DNA of 64,000 bases. It comes from Bugula neritina. Its lineage: Eukaryota > Animalia > Bryozoa. The DNA lies in assembly GCA_964035545.1 (NCBI GenBank), contig OZ037766.1:18129081-18193080 (forward strand). The letters run 5' to 3'. Of this stretch, positions 31,181-48,900 are shown in pieces. A model generated the notes under the pieces. It made no database searches. It was not told the origin of the DNA and worked only from the letters and a program-made list of their open reading frames with translations. Each line of letters starts with the position of its first letter. The first letter of the stretch is position 1. A program made the position numbers and the translations under genes.

Positions 31181-34100
31181 AATTTATTGTATCATACTGA
31201 AATATACTGCAACGTACTGAAATACACTGTAACATACTAAAATATATTGCAAAATACTGCAACATACTTAAATATACTGCAACATACTGAAAGACACTAA
31301 AACTCACTGAAGTATAGTGTAATATCTGCAAATGCACTGTAACATACTGAAATTTACTGTAACACACTGAAATATACTGTAACATACTGAAATATACTGT
31401 AACATACTGAGATATACTGCGAGATTCTGAAATATGCTACAACTCACTGAAGTATAGTGTAATTTACGGAAATGTACTGTAACATACTGAAATTTATTGT
31501 AACATACTGAATTATACTGCAACATACTGAAATACACAGTAACATACTGAGATATACTGCAAGATACTGAAATATACTACAACTCACTGAAGTATAGTGT
31601 AATATCTGCAAATGCACTGTAACATACTGAAATTTACTGTAACACACTGAAATATACTGTAACATACAGAAATATACTGTAACATACTGAGATATACTGC
31701 AAGATACTGAAATATACTACAACTCACTGAAGTATAGTGTAATTTAGGGAAATGTACTGTAACATACTGAAATTTATTGTAACATACTGAATTATACTGC
31801 AACATACTGAAATACACTGCAACATACTGAAATACACTGTAACATACTGAAAGACACTAAAACTCACTGAAGTATAGTGTAATATCTGCAAATGCACTGT
31901 AACATATTGAAATTTACTGTAACACAGTGAAATATACTGTAACATACTGAGATATACTGCAAGATACTGAAATATACTACAACTCACTGAAGTATAGTGT
32001 AATTTACGAAAATGTACTGTAACATACTGAAATTTATTGTAACATACTGAGTTATACTGCAACATACTGAAATACACTGTAACATACTGAAACATATTGC
32101 AAAGTACTGCAACATACTGAAATACACTGTAACATACTGAAAGACGCTGTATCATAATGAAATATACTATAACCCACTGAAATATACTGCAACATACTGA
32201 AATATACTGTAACAAACTGAAATATACTGCAACATACTGAAATACACTGTAACATACAGAAATACACTGCAACATACTGCAGCAAACTGCAACATACTGC
32301 AACATACTGAAATACACTGTAACATATTGAAATACACTGCAACACATTGAAATATGCTTCAACATACCGAAATATATGGTAACCTACTGAAATATGTTGC
32401 AAACTACTGAAATATACTGCAACATACTGCAACTTAATGAAATATACTGTAACACACTGAAATATACTGCACAATACTGCAAAATACTGTAACATACTGA
32501 AACATACTGCAACATCCTGAAATATACTGCAACATGCTGAAATATACTGCAAGACACTGAAACCTACTGAAATACACTGTAACATACTGAAATACACTGC
32601 AACATACTGCAACATACTGAAATACATTGTGACATATTGAAATGCATTGCAACACATTGAAATATGTTGCAAGATACTGAAATATAATGAAACATACTGA
32701 ACGACACTAAAACTCACTGAAGTATAGTGTAATACCTGAAAATGCACTGTGATATACTGAAATACACTGTAACACATTGAAATATACTGCAAAATACTGA
32801 AACATACTGAAATATATTGCAAAATACTGCAACATACTGAAATACGGTTTAACATACTGAAATACACTGTAACATACTGATATGCACTGCAACATACTGA
32901 AATACACGGCAACATACTGGAACATACTGGAATATACTGTAACCCACTGAAATATACTACAACATGCTGAAATATACTGCAAGATACTGAAACCTACTGA
33001 AATACACTGTAACATACTGAAATACACTGCAACATGCTGCAACATACTGAAATACACTGTAACATATTGAAATACATTGCAACACATTGAAATAAGTTGC
33101 AAGATACCGAAATATACTGCAACATACTGAAAGACACTAAAAGTCACTGAAGTATAGTGAAAAATGTAAAAATGCACTGTGGCATACTGAAATATACTGA
33201 AACACGCTGAAATATACTGGAACATACTGAAATAAACTGTAACATACTGAGATATACTGCAAGATACTGAAATATACTACAACTCACTGAAGTATAGCGT
33301 AATTTGCAGAAATGTACTGTAACACACTGAAATTTATTGTATCATACTGAAATATACTGCAACGTACTGAAATACACTGTAACATACTAAAATATATTGC
33401 AAAAAACTGGAACATACTTAAATATACTGCAACATACTAAAAGACACTAAAACTCACTGAAGTATAGTGTAATATCTGCAAATGCACTGTAACATACTGA
33501 AATTTACTGTAACACACTGAAATATACTGTAACATACTGAAATATACTGTAACATACTGAGATATACTGCGAGATACTGAAATATGCTACAACTCACTGA
33601 AGTATAGTGTAATTTACGGAAATGTACTGTAACATACTGAAATTTATTGTAACATACTGAATTATACTGCAACATACTGAAATACACTGTAACATACTGA
33701 AAGACACTAAAACTCACTGAAGTATAGTGTAATATCTGCAAATGCACTGTAACATATTGAAATTTAGTGTAACACAGTGAAATATACTGTAACATACTGA
33801 AATATACTGTAACATACTAAGATATACTGCAAGATAATGAAATATACTACAACTCACTGAAGTATAGTGTAATTTACGAAAATGTACTGTAACATACTGA
33901 AATTTATTGTAACATACTGAATTATACTGCAACATACTGAAATACACTGCAACATACTGAAATACACTGTAACATAATGAAAGACACTAAAACTCACTGA
34001 AGTATAGTGTAATATCTGCAAATGCACTGTAACATATTGAAATTTACTGTACCACAGTGAAATATACTGTAACATACTGAAATATACTGTAACATACTGA

Positions 34101-37100
34101 GATATACTGCAAGATACTGAAATATACTACAACTCTCTGAAGTATAGTGTAATTTACGAAAATGTACTGTAACATACTGAAATTTATTGTAACATACTGA
34201 ATTATACTGCAACATACTGAAAAACACTGTAACATACTGAAAGACACTAAAACTCACTGAAGTATAGTGTAATATCTGCAAATGCACTGTAATATATTGA
34301 AATTTACTGTAACACAGTGAAATATACTGTAACATACTGAAATATACTGTAACATACTGAGATATACTGCAAGATACTGAAATATACTACAACTCACTGA
34401 AGTATAGTGTAATTTATGAAAATGTACTGTAACATACTGAAATTTATTGTAACATACTGAATTATACTGCAACATACTGGAATACACTGTAACATACTGA
34501 AACATATTGCAAAATACTGCAACATACTGAAATACGCTGTAACATACTGAAAGACGCCGTATCATACTGAAATATACTATAACCCACTGAAATATACTGC
34601 AACATACTGAAAAATACTGTAACATACTGAAATATACTGCAACATACTGAAATACACTGTAACATACAGAAATACACTGCAACATACTGCAGCATACTGC
34701 AACATACTGCAACATGCTGAAATACACTGTAACATACTGAAATATATTGCAAAATACTGCAACATACTGAAATACACTGTAACATACTGAAAGACACTAA
34801 AACTCACTGAAGTATAGTGTAATATCTGGAAATGCACTGTGACATACTGAAATATACTGAAACACGCTGAAATATACTGCAACATACTGAAATATACTGT
34901 AACATACCGAAATTTATTGTAACGTACCGAATTATACTGCAACATACTGAAATATACTGTAACATACTGAAATATATTGCAAAATACTGCAACATACTTA
35001 AATACACTGTAACATACTGAAAGACACTAAAACTCACTGAAGTATAGTGTAATATCTGGAAATGCACTGTGACATACTGAAATATACTGAAACACGCTGA
35101 ATTATACTGCAACATACTGAAATACACTGCAACATACTGAAATACACTGTAACATACTGAAAGACACTAAAACTCACTGAAGTATAGTGTAATACCTGCA
35201 AATGCACTGTAACATATTGAAATTTACTGTAACACAGTGAAATATACTGTAACATACTGAAATATACTGTAACATACTGAGATATACTGCAAGATACTGA
35301 AATATACTACAACTCTCTGAAGTATAGTGTAATTTACGAAAATGTACTGTAACATACTGAAATTTATTGTAACATACTGAGTTATACTGCAACATACTGA
35401 AATACACTGTAACATACTGAAACATATTGCAAAGTACTGCAACATACTGAAATACACTGTAACATACCGAAAGACGCTGTATCATAATGAAATATACTAT
35501 AACCCACTGAAATATACTGCAACATACTGAAATATACTGTAACAAACTGAAATATACTGCAACATACTGAAATACACTGTAACATACAGAAATACACTGC
35601 AACATACTGCAGCAAACTGCAACATACTGCAACATACTGAAATACACTGTAACATATTGAAATACACTGCAACACATTGAAATATGCTTCAACATACCGA
35701 AATATATGGTAACCTACTGAAATATGTTGCAAACTACTGAAATATATTGCAACATACTGCAACTTAATAAAATATACTGTAACATACTGAAATATACTGG
35801 AAGATACTGAAACCTACTGAAATACACTGTAACATACTGAAATACACTGCAACATACTGCAACATACTGAAATACACTGTAACATATTGAAATACATTGC
35901 AACACATTGAAATAAGTTGCAAGATACTGAATTATACTGCAACATACTGAAAGACACTAAAACTCACTGAAGTATAGTGAAAAATCTGAAAATGCACTGT
36001 GGCATACTGAAATATACTGAAACACGCTGAAATATACTGGAACATACTGAAATAAACTGCAACATACTGAGATATACTGCAAGATACTGAAATATACTAC
36101 AACTCACTGAAGTATAGTGTAGTTTGCAGAAATGTACTGTAACAGACTGAAATTTATTGTATCATACTGAAATATACGGCAACGTACTGAAATACACTGT
36201 AACATACTGAAATATATTGCAAAATACTGCAACATACTGAAGTATGCTGCAACATACTGAAAGACACTAAAACTCACTGAAGTATAGTGTAATATCTGCA
36301 AATGCACTGTAACATACTGAAATTACTGTAACACACTGAAATATACTGTAACATACTGAAATATACTGTAACATACGGAGATATACTGCGAGATACTGAA
36401 ATATACTACAACTCACCGAAGTATAGTGTAATTTTCGGAAATGTACTGTAACATACTGAATTTTATGGTAACATACTGAATTATACTGCAACATACTGAA
36501 ATACACTGTAACATACTGAAACATATTGCAAAATACTGCAACATACTGAAATACACTGTAACATACTGAAAGACGCTGTATCATACTGAAATATACTATA
36601 ACCCACTGAAATATACTGCAACATACTGAAATATACTGTAACATACTGAAATATACTGCAACATACTGAAATACACTGTAACATACAGAAATACACTGCA
36701 ACATACTGCAGCATACTGCAACATAGTGCAACATACTGAAATGCACTGTAACATATTGAAATACGCTGCAACACATTGAAATATGCTGCAACATACCGAA
36801 ATATATACTAACCTACTGAAATATTATGCAAACTACTGAAACATACTGCAACATACTGCAACATAATGAAACATACTGCAACATGCTGAAATATACTGCA
36901 AGACACTGAAACCTACTGAAATACACTGTAACATACTGAAATACGCTGCAACATACTGCAACATACTGAAAGACACTAAAACTCACTGAAGTATAGTGTA
37001 ATATCTGGAAATATACTGCAACATACTGAAAAATACTGTAACATACTGAAATATACTGCAACATACTGAAATACACTGTAACATACAGAAATACACTGCA

Positions 37101-40100
37101 ACATACTGCAGCATACTGCAACATACTGCAACACGCTGAAATACACTGTAACATACTGAAATATATAGCAAAATACTGCAACATACTGAAATACACTGTA
37201 ACATACTGAAAGACACTAAAACTCACTGAAGTATAGTGTAATATCTGGAAATGCACTGTGACATACTGAAATATACTGAAACACGCTGAAATATACTGCA
37301 ACATACTGAAATATACTGTAACATACCGAAATTTATTGTAACATACCGAATTATACTGCAACATACTGAAATATACTGTAACATACTGAAATATATTGCA
37401 AAATACTGCAACATACTTAAATACACTGTAACATACTGAAAGACACTAAAACTCACTGAAGTATAGTGTAATATCTGGAAATGCACTGTGACATACTGAA
37501 ATATACTGAAACACGCTGAAATATACTTCAACATACTATAATATACCTAAAAATATTGAAACATACTGAAATACACTGTAACATGCTGAAATACACTGTA
37601 TCATACTGAAGTATACTGTAACGCACTGAAATATACTGCAACATACTGAATTATACTGAAACATACTGCAATATCCTGAAATATACTGCAACATGCTGAA
37701 ATATACTGCAAGACACTGAAACCTACTGAAATACACTGTAACATACTGATATACACTGCAACATACTGAAATACACTGTAACATACAGACATACACTGCA
37801 ACATACTGCAGCATACTGCAACATGCTGCAACATACTGAAATACACTGTAACATATTGAAATACACTGCAACACATTGAAATATGCTGTAACATACTGAG
37901 ATATACTGCAAGACACTGAAATATACTACAGCTCACTGAAGTATAGTGTAATTTACGGAAATGTACTGTAACATACTGAAATTTATTGTAACATACTGAA
38001 ATATACTGCAACATACTGAAATACACTGTAACATACTGAAATATATTGCAAAATACTGCAACATACTGAAATACACTGTAACATACTCAAATACATTGTA
38101 TCATACTGGAATATGCTATAACCCACTGAAATATACTGCAACTTACTGAAATATACTGTAACATACTGAAATATACTGCAATATACTGAAATACACTGTA
38201 ACATACAGAAGTACGCTGTAACATACAGAAATACACTGCAACATACTGCAACATACTGAAATACACTGTAACATACTGAAACACACTGCAACATACTGAA
38301 ATATACTGCAACATACTGGAACATACTGGAATATACTGTAACCCACTGAAATATACTGCAACATACTGAAATATGCTGCAAGATACTGAAACCTACTGAA
38401 ATACACTGTAACATACTGAAATACACTGCAACATGCTGCAACATACTGAAATACACTGTAACATATTGAAATACATTGCAACGCATTGAAATAAGTTGCA
38501 AGATACCGAAATATGCTGCAACATACTGAAAGACACTAAAACTCACTGAAGTATAGTGAAAAATTTAAAAATGCACTGTGGCATACTGAAATATACTGAA
38601 ACACGCTGAAATATACTGGAACATACTGAAATAAACTGTAACATACTGAGATATACTGCAAGATACTGAAATATACTACAACTCACTGAAGTATAGCGTA
38701 ATTTGCAGAAATGTACTGTAACACACTGAAATTTATTGTATCATACTGAAATATACTGCAACGTACTGAAATACACTGTAACATACTAAAATATATTGCA
38801 AAATACTGCAACATACTTAAATATACTGCAACATACTGAAAGACACTAAAACTCACTGAAGTATAGTGTAATATCTGCAAATGCACTGTAACATACTGAA
38901 ATTTACTGTAACACACTGAAATATACTGTAACATACTGAAATATACTGTAACATACTGAGATATACTGCGAGATTCTGAAATATGCTACAACTCACTGAA
39001 GTATAGTGTAATTTACGGAAATGTACTGTAACATACTGAAATTTATTGTAACATACTGAATTATACTGCAACATACTGAAATACACAGTAACATACTGAG
39101 ATATACTGCAAGATACTGAAATATACTACAACTCACTGAAGTATAGTGTAATATCTGCAAATGCACTGTAACATACTGAAATTTACTGTAACACACTGAA
39201 ATATACTGTAACATACAGAAATATACTGTAACATACTGAGATATACTGCAAGATACTGAAATATACTACAACTCACTGAAGTATAGTGTAATTTAGGGAA
39301 ATGTACTGTAACATACTGAAATTTATTGTAACATACTGAATTATACTGCAACATACTGAAATACACTGCAACATACTGAAATACACTGTAACATACTGAA
39401 AGACACTAAAACTCACTGAAGTATAGTGTAATATCTGCAAATGCACTGTAACATATTGAAATTTACTGTAACACAGTGAAATATACTGTAACATACTGAG
39501 ATATACTGCAAGATACTGAAATATACTACAACTCACTGAAGTATAGTGTAATTTACGAAAATGTACTGTAACATACTGAAATTTATTGTAACATACTGAG
39601 TTATACTGCAACATACTGAAATACACTGTAACATACTGAAACATATTGCAAAGTACTGCAACATACTGAAATACACTGTAACATACTGAAAGACGCTGTA
39701 TCATAATGAAATATACTATAACCCACTGAAATATACTGCAACATACTGAAATATACTGTAACAAACTGAAATATACTGCAACATACTGAAATACACTGTA
39801 ACATACAGAAATACACTGCAACATACTGCAGCAAACTGCAACATACTGCAACATACTGAAATACACTGTAACATATTGAAATACACTGCAACACATTGAA
39901 ATATGCTTCAACATACCGAAATATATGGTAACCTACTGAAATATGTTGCAAACTACTGAAATATACTGCAACATACTGCAACTTAATGAAATATACTGTA
40001 ACACACTGAAATATACTGCACAATACTGCAAAATACTGTAACATACTGAAACATACTGCAACATCCTGAAATATACTGCAACATGCTGAAATATACTGCA

Positions 40101-43100
40101 AGACACTGAAACCTACTGAAATACACTGTAACATACTGAAATACACTGCAACATACTGCAACATACTGAAATACATTGTGACATATTGAAATGCATTGCA
40201 ACACATTGAAATATGTTGCAAGATACTGAAATATAATGAAACATACTGAACGACACTAAAACTCACTGAAGTATAGTGTAATACCTGAAAATGCACTGTG
40301 ATATACTGAAATACACTGTAACACATTGAAATATACTGCAAAATACTGAAACATACTGAAATATATTGCAAAATACTGCAACATACTGAAATACGGTTTA
40401 ACATACTGAAATACACTGTAACATACTGATATGCACTGCAACATACTGAAATACACGGCAACATACTGGAACATACTGGAATATACTGTAACCCACTGAA
40501 ATATACTACAACATGCTGAAATATACTGCAAGATACTGAAACCTACTGAAATACACTGTAACATACTGAAATACACTGCAACATGCTGCAACATACTGAA
40601 ATACACTGTAACATATTGAAATACATTGCAACACATTGAAATAAGTTGCAAGATACCGAAATATACTGCAACATACTGAAAGACACTAAAAGTCACTGAA
40701 GTATAGTGAAAAATGTAAAAATGCACTGTGGCATACTGAAATATACTGAAACACGCTGAAATATACTGGAACATACTGAAATAAACTGTAACATACTGAG
40801 ATATACTGCAAGATACTGAAATATACTACAACTCACTGAAGTATAGCGTAATTTGCAGAAATGTACTGTAACACACTGAAATTTATTGTATCATACTGAA
40901 ATATACTGCAACGTACTGAAATACACTGTAACATACTAAAATATATTGCAAAAAACTGGAACATACTTAAATATACTGCAACATACTAAAAGACACTAAA
41001 ACTCACTGAAGTATAGTGTAATATCTGCAAATGCACTGTAACATACTGAAATTTACTGTAACACACTGAAATATACTGTAACATACTGAAATATACTGTA
41101 ACATACTGAGATATACTGCGAGATACTGAAATATGCTACAACTCACTGAAGTATAGTGTAATTTACGGAAATGTACTGTAACATACTGAAATTTATTGTA
41201 ACATACTGAATTATACTGCAACATACTGAAATACACTGTAACATACTGAAAGACACTAAAACTCACTGAAGTATAGTGTAATATCTGCAAATGCACTGTA
41301 ACATATTGAAATTTAGTGTAACACAGTGAAATATACTGTAACATACTGAAATATACTGTAACATACTAAGATATACTGCAAGATAATGAAATATACTACA
41401 ACTCACTGAAGTATAGTGTAATTTACGAAAATGTACTGTAACATACTGAAATTTATTGTAACATACTGAATTATACTGCAACATACTGAAATACACTGCA
41501 ACATACTGAAATACACTGTAACATAATGAAAGACACTAAAACTCACTGAAGTATAGTGTAATATCTGCAAATGCACTGTAACATATTGAAATTTACTGTA
41601 CCACAGTGAAATATACTGTAACATACTGAAATATACTGTAACATACTGAGATATACTGCAAGATACTGAAATATACTACAACTCTCTGAAGTATAGTGTA
41701 ATTTACGAAAATGTACTGTAACATACTGAAATTTATTGTAACATACTGAATTATACTGCAACATACTGAAAAACACTGTAACATACTGAAAGACACTAAA
41801 ACTCACTGAAGTATAGTGTAATATCTGCAAATGCACTGTAATATATTGAAATTTACTGTAACACAGTGAAATATACTGTAACATACTGAAATATACTGTA
41901 ACATACTGAGATATACTGCAAGATACTGAAATATACTACAACTCACTGAAGTATAGTGTAATTTATGAAAATGTACTGTAACATACTGAAATTTATTGTA
42001 ACATACTGAATTATACTGCAACATACTGGAATACACTGTAACATACTGAAACATATTGCAAAATACTGCAACATACTGAAATACGCTGTAACATACTGAA
42101 AGACGCCGTATCATACTGAAATATACTATAACCCACTGAAATATACTGCAACATACTGAAAAATACTGTAACATACTGAAATATACTGCAACATACTGAA
42201 ATACACTGTAACATACAGAAATACACTGCAACATACTGCAGCATACTGCAACATACTGCAACATGCTGAAATACACTGTAACATACTGAAATATATTGCA
42301 AAATACTGCAACATACTGAAATACACTGTAACATACTGAAAGACACTAAAACTCACTGAAGTATAGTGTAATATCTGGAAATGCACTGTGACATACTGAA
42401 ATATACTGAAACACGCTGAAATATACTGCAACATACTGAAATATACTGTAACATACCGAAATTTATTGTAACGTACCGAATTATACTGCAACATACTGAA
42501 ATATACTGTAACATACTGAAATATATTGCAAAATACTGCAACATACTTAAATACACTGTAACATACTGAAAGACACTAAAACTCACTGAAGTATAGTGTA
42601 ATATCTGGAAATGCACTGTGACATACTGAAATATACTGAAACACGCTGAATTATACTGCAACATACTGAAATACACTGCAACATACTGAAATACACTGTA
42701 ACATACTGAAAGACACTAAAACTCACTGAAGTATAGTGTAATACCTGCAAATGCACTGTAACATATTGAAATTTACTGTAACACAGTGAAATATACTGTA
42801 ACATACTGAAATATACTGTAACATACTGAGATATACTGCAAGATACTGAAATATACTACAACTCTCTGAAGTATAGTGTAATTTACGAAAATGTACTGTA
42901 ACATACTGAAATTTATTGTAACATACTGAGTTATACTGCAACATACTGAAATACACTGTAACATACTGAAACATATTGCAAAGTACTGCAACATACTGAA
43001 ATACACTGTAACATACCGAAAGACGCTGTATCATAATGAAATATACTATAACCCACTGAAATATACTGCAACATACTGAAATATACTGTAACAAACTGAA

Positions 43101-44558
43101 ATATACTGCAACATACTGAAATACACTGTAACATACAGAAATACACTGCAACATACTGCAGCAAACTGCAACATACTGCAACATACTGAAATACACTGTA
43201 ACATATTGAAATACACTGCAACACATTGAAATATGCTTCAACATACCGAAATATATGGTAACCTACTGAAATATGTTGCAAACTACTGAAATATATTGCA
43301 ACATACTGCAACTTAATAAAATATACTGTAACATACTGAAATATACTGGAAGATACTGAAACCTACTGAAATACACTGTAACATACTGAAATACACTGCA
43401 ACATACTGCAACATACTGAAATACACTGTAACATATTGAAATACATTGCAACACATTGAAATAAGTTGCAAGATACTGAATTATACTGCAACATACTGAA
43501 AGACACTAAAACTCACTGAAGTATAGTGAAAAATCTGAAAATGCACTGTGGCATACTGAAATATACTGAAACACGCTGAAATATACTGGAACATACTGAA
43601 ATAAACTGCAACATACTGAGATATACTGCAAGATACTGAAATATACTACAACTCACTGAAGTATAGTGTAGTTTGCAGAAATGTACTGTAACAGACTGAA
43701 ATTTATTGTATCATACTGAAATATACGGCAACGTACTGAAATACACTGTAACATACTGAAATATATTGCAAAATACTGCAACATACTGAAGTATGCTGCA
43801 ACATACTGAAAGACACTAAAACTCACTGAAGTATAGTGTAATATCTGCAAATGCACTGTAACATACTGAAATTACTGTAACACACTGAAATATACTGTAA
43901 CATACTGAAATATACTGTAACATACGGAGATATACTGCGAGATACTGAAATATACTACAACTCACCGAAGTATAGTGTAATTTTCGGAAATGTACTGTAA
44001 CATACTGAATTTTATGGTAACATACTGAATTATACTGCAACATACTGAAATACACTGTAACATACTGAAACATATTGCAAAATACTGCAAAATACTGAAA
44101 TACACTGTAACATACTGAAAGACGCTGTATCATACTGAAATATACTATAACCCACTGAAATATACTGCAACATACTGAAATATACTGTAACATACTGAAA
44201 TATACTGCAACATACTGAAATACACTGTAACATACAGAAATACACTGCAACATACTGCAGCATACTGCAACATAGTGCAACATACTGAAATGCACTGTAA
44301 CATATTGAAATACGCTGCAACACATTGAAATATGCTGCAACATACCGAAATATATACTAACCTACTGAAATATTATGCAAACTACTGAAACATACTGCAA
44401 CATACTGCAACATAATGAAACATACTGCAACATGCTGAAATATACTGCAAGACACTGAAACCTACTGAAATACACTGTAACATACTGAAATACGCTGCAA
44501 CATACTGCAACATACTGAAAGACACTAAAACTCACTGAAGTATAGTGTAATATCTGGA
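29461..44558 (+). repeat. Complete tandem duplication, period 7549 bp (29461-37009 and 37010-44558)
   Basis: Offsets 29674->37223, 32052->39601 and 36481->44030 equal 7549. Private variants are shared, e.g. AACATACTAT at 29981/37530 and AATTTAGGGA at 31741/39290. Confidence 0.93.
32231..36500 (+). repeat. Dispersed paralogue of 1 to about 4270 (offset 32230 bp; a further copy lies at about 39780-44049)
   Basis: Offsets 204->32434, 1224->33454, 2944->35174 and 4037->36267 equal 32230. Rare variants are shared: ACAATACTGC (241/32471) and AATACGGTTT (611/32841). Confidence 0.9.
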
Positions 44559-45928
44559 AATGCACTGTGACATACTGAAATATACTGTAACATACTGAAA
44601 TATACTGGAACATACTGAGATATAATGCAAGATACTGAAATATACTACAACTCACTGAAGTATAGTGTAATTTACGGAAATGTACTGTAACATACTGAAA
44701 TTTATTGTAACATACTGAAATATACCGCAACATACTGAAATACACTGTAACATACTGAAATGCATTGCAAAATACTGCAACATACTGAAATACACTGTAA
44801 CATACTGAAATACACTGCAACATACTGAAATACACTGTAACATACAGAAATACACTGCAACATACTGCAACATACTGCAACATACTGGAAGATACTGGAA
44901 TATACTGTAACCCACTGAAATATACTGCAACATACTGAAATATACTGCAAGATACTGAAAACTACTGAAATACACTGCAACATATTGCAACATACTGAAA
45001 TACACTGTAACATATTGAAATACATTGCAACACATTGAAATAAGTTGCAAGATACCGAAAAATACTGCAACATACTGAAAGACACTAAAACTCACTGAAG
45101 TATAGTGAAAAATCTGAAAATGCACTCTAACATACTGAGATATACTGCAAGATACTGAAATATACTACAACTCCCTGAAGTATAGTGTAATTTACGAAAA
45201 TGTACTGTAACATACTGAAATTTATTGTAACATACTGAATTATACTGCAACATACTGAAATACACTGTAACATACTGAAACATATTGCAAAATACTGCAA
45301 CATACTGAAATACACTGTAACATACTGAAAGACGCTGTATCATACTGAAATATACTATAACCCACTGAAATATCTTGCAACACACTGGAATATACTTCAA
45401 CATACTGAAATACACTGTAACATACAGAAATACACTGCAACATACTGCAGCATACTGCAACATACTGCAACATACTGAAATGCACTGTAACATATTGAAA
45501 TACGCTGCAACACATTGAAATATGCTGCAACATACCGAAATATATACTAACCTACTGAAATATGTTGCAAACTACTGAAACATACTGCAACATACTGCAA
45601 CATAATGAAATATACTGCAACATGCTGAAATATACTGCAAGACACTGAAACCTACTGAAATACACTGTAACATACTGAAATACGCTGCAACATACTGCAA
45701 CATACTGAAAGACACTAGAACTCACTGAAGTATAGTGTAATATCTGGAAATGCACTGTGACATACTGAAATATACTGTAACATACTGAAATATACTGGAA
45801 CATACTGAGATATAATGCAAGATACTGAAATATACTACAACTCACTGAAGTTTAGTGTAATTTACGGAAATGTACTGTAACATACTGAAATACGCTGTAT
45901 CATACTGAAATATACTATAACCCACGGA

Positions 45929-48900
45929 AATATACTGCAACATACTGGAACATACTGGAATATACTGTAACCCACTGAAATATACTGCAACATACTGAAA
46001 TATACTGCAAGATACTGAAACCTACTGAAATACACTGTAACATACTGAAATACACTGCAACATGCTGCAACATACTGAAATACACTGTAACATATTGAAA
46101 TACATTGCAACACATTGAAATAAGTTGCAAGATACCGAAATATACTGCAACATACTGAAAGACACTAAAACTCACTGAAGTATAGTGAAAAATCTAAAAA
46201 TGCACTGTGGCATACTGAAATATACTGAAACACGCTGAAATATACTGGAACATACTGAAATAAACTGTAACATACTGAGATATACTGCAAGATACTGAAA
46301 TATGCTACAACTCACTGAAGTATAGTGTAATTTACGGAAATGTACTGTAACATACTGAAATTTATTGTAACATACTGAATTACACTGCAACATACTGAAA
46401 AACACTGTAACATACTGAAAGACACTAAAACTCACTGAAGTATAGTGTAATATCTGCAAATGCACTGTAATATATTGAAATTTACTGTAACACAGTGAAA
46501 TATACTGTAACATACTGAAATATACTGTAACATACTGAGATATACTGCAAGATACTGAAATATACTACAACTCACTGAAGTATAGTGTAATTTACGAAAA
46601 TGTACTGTAACATACTGGAATTTATTGTAACATACTGAATTATACTGCAACATACTGGAATACACTGTAACATACTGAAACATATTGCAAAATACTGCAA
46701 CATACTGAAATACACTGTAACATACTGAAAGACGCCGTATCATACTGAAATATACTATAACCCACTGAAATATACTGCAACATACTGAAAAATACTGTAA
46801 CATACTGAAATATACTGCAACATACTGAAATACACTGTAACATACAGAAATACACTGCAACATACTGCAGCATACTGCAACATACTGCAACATGCTGAAA
46901 TACACTGTAACATACTGAAATATATTGCAAAATACTGCAACATACTGAAATACACTGTAACATACAGAAATACACTGCAACATACTGCAGCATACTGCAA
47001 CATGCTGCAACATACTGAAATACACTGTAACATATTGAAATACACTGCAACACATTGAAATTTGCTGTAACATACTGAGATATACTGCAAGACACTGAAA
47101 CATACTACAGCTCACTGAAGTATAGTGTAATTTACGGAAATGTACTGTAACATACTGAAATTTATTGTAACATACTGAAATATACTGCAACATACTGAAA
47201 TACACTGTAACATACTGAAATATATTGCAAAATACTGCAACATACTGAAATACACTGTAACATGCTCAAATACATTGTATCATATTGCAATATGCTATAA
47301 CCCACTGAAATATACTGCAACTTAGTGAAATATAATGTAACATACTGAAATATACTGCAACATACTGAAATACACTGTAACATACAGAAGTACGCTGTAA
47401 CATTCAGAAATACACTGCAACATACTGCAACATACTGAAATACACTGTAACATACTGAAACACACTGCAACATACTGAAATATACTGCAACATACTGGAA
47501 CATACTGGAATATACTGTAACCCACTGAAATATACTGCAACATACTGAAATATACTGCAAGATACTGAAACCTACTGAAATACACTGTAACATACTGAAA
47601 TACACTGCAACATGCTGCAACATACTGAAATACACTGTAACATATTGAAATACATTGCAACACATTGAAATAAGTTGCAAGATACCGAAATATACTGCAA
47701 CATACTGAAAGACACTAAAACTCACTGAAGTATAGTGAAAAATCTAAAAATGCACTGTGGCATACTGAAATATACTGAAACACGCTGAAATATACTGGAA
47801 CATACTGAAATAAACTGTAACATACTGAGATATACTGCAAGATACTGAAATATGCTACAACTCACTGAAGTATAGTGTAATTTACGGAAATGTACTGTAA
47901 CATACTGAAATTTATTGTAACATACTGAATTATACTGCAACATACTGAAAAACACTGTAACATACTGAAAGACACTAAAACTCACTGAAGTATAGTGTAA
48001 TATCTGCAAATGCACTGTAATATATTGAAATTTACTGTAACACAGTGAAATATACTGTAACATACTGAAATATACTGTAACATACTGAGATATACTGCAA
48101 GATACTGAAATAAACTACAACTCACTGAAGTATAGTGTAATTTACGAAAATGTACTGTAACATACTGAAATTTATTGTAACATACTGAATTATACTGCAA
48201 CATACTGGAATACACTGTAACATACTGAAACATATTGCAAAATACTGCAACATACTGAAATACGCTGTAACATACTGAAAGACGCCGTATCATACTGAAA
48301 TATACTATAACCCACTGAAATATACTGCAACATACTGAAAAAAACTGTAACATACTGAAATATACTGCAACATACTGAAATACACTGTAACATACAGAAA
48401 TACACTGCAACATACTGCAGCATACTGCAACATGCTGCAACACGCTGAAATACACTGTAACATACTGAAATATATTGCAAAATACTGCAACATACTGAAA
48501 TACACTGTAACATACTGAAAGACACTAAAACTCACTGAAGTATAGTGTAATATCTGGAAATGCACTGTGACATACTGAAATATACTGAAACACGCTGAAA
48601 TATACTGCAACATACTGAAATATACTGTAACATACCGAAATTTATTGTAACATACCGAATTATACTGCAACATACTGAAATATACTGTAACATACTGAAA
48701 TATATTGCAAAATACTGCAACATACTTAAATACACTGTAACATACTGAAAGACACTAAAACTCACTGAAGTATAGTGTAATATCTGGAAATGCACTGTGA
48801 CATACTGAAATATACTGAAACACGCTGAAATATACTTCAACATACTGAAATATACCTAAAAATATTGAAACATACTGAAATACACTGTAACATGCTGAAA

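Noticed and set aside
44849-44888. Short runs of pure (AACATACTGC)n
   Set aside because: These are local departures from the dimer alternation within the same satellite, not a separate element.
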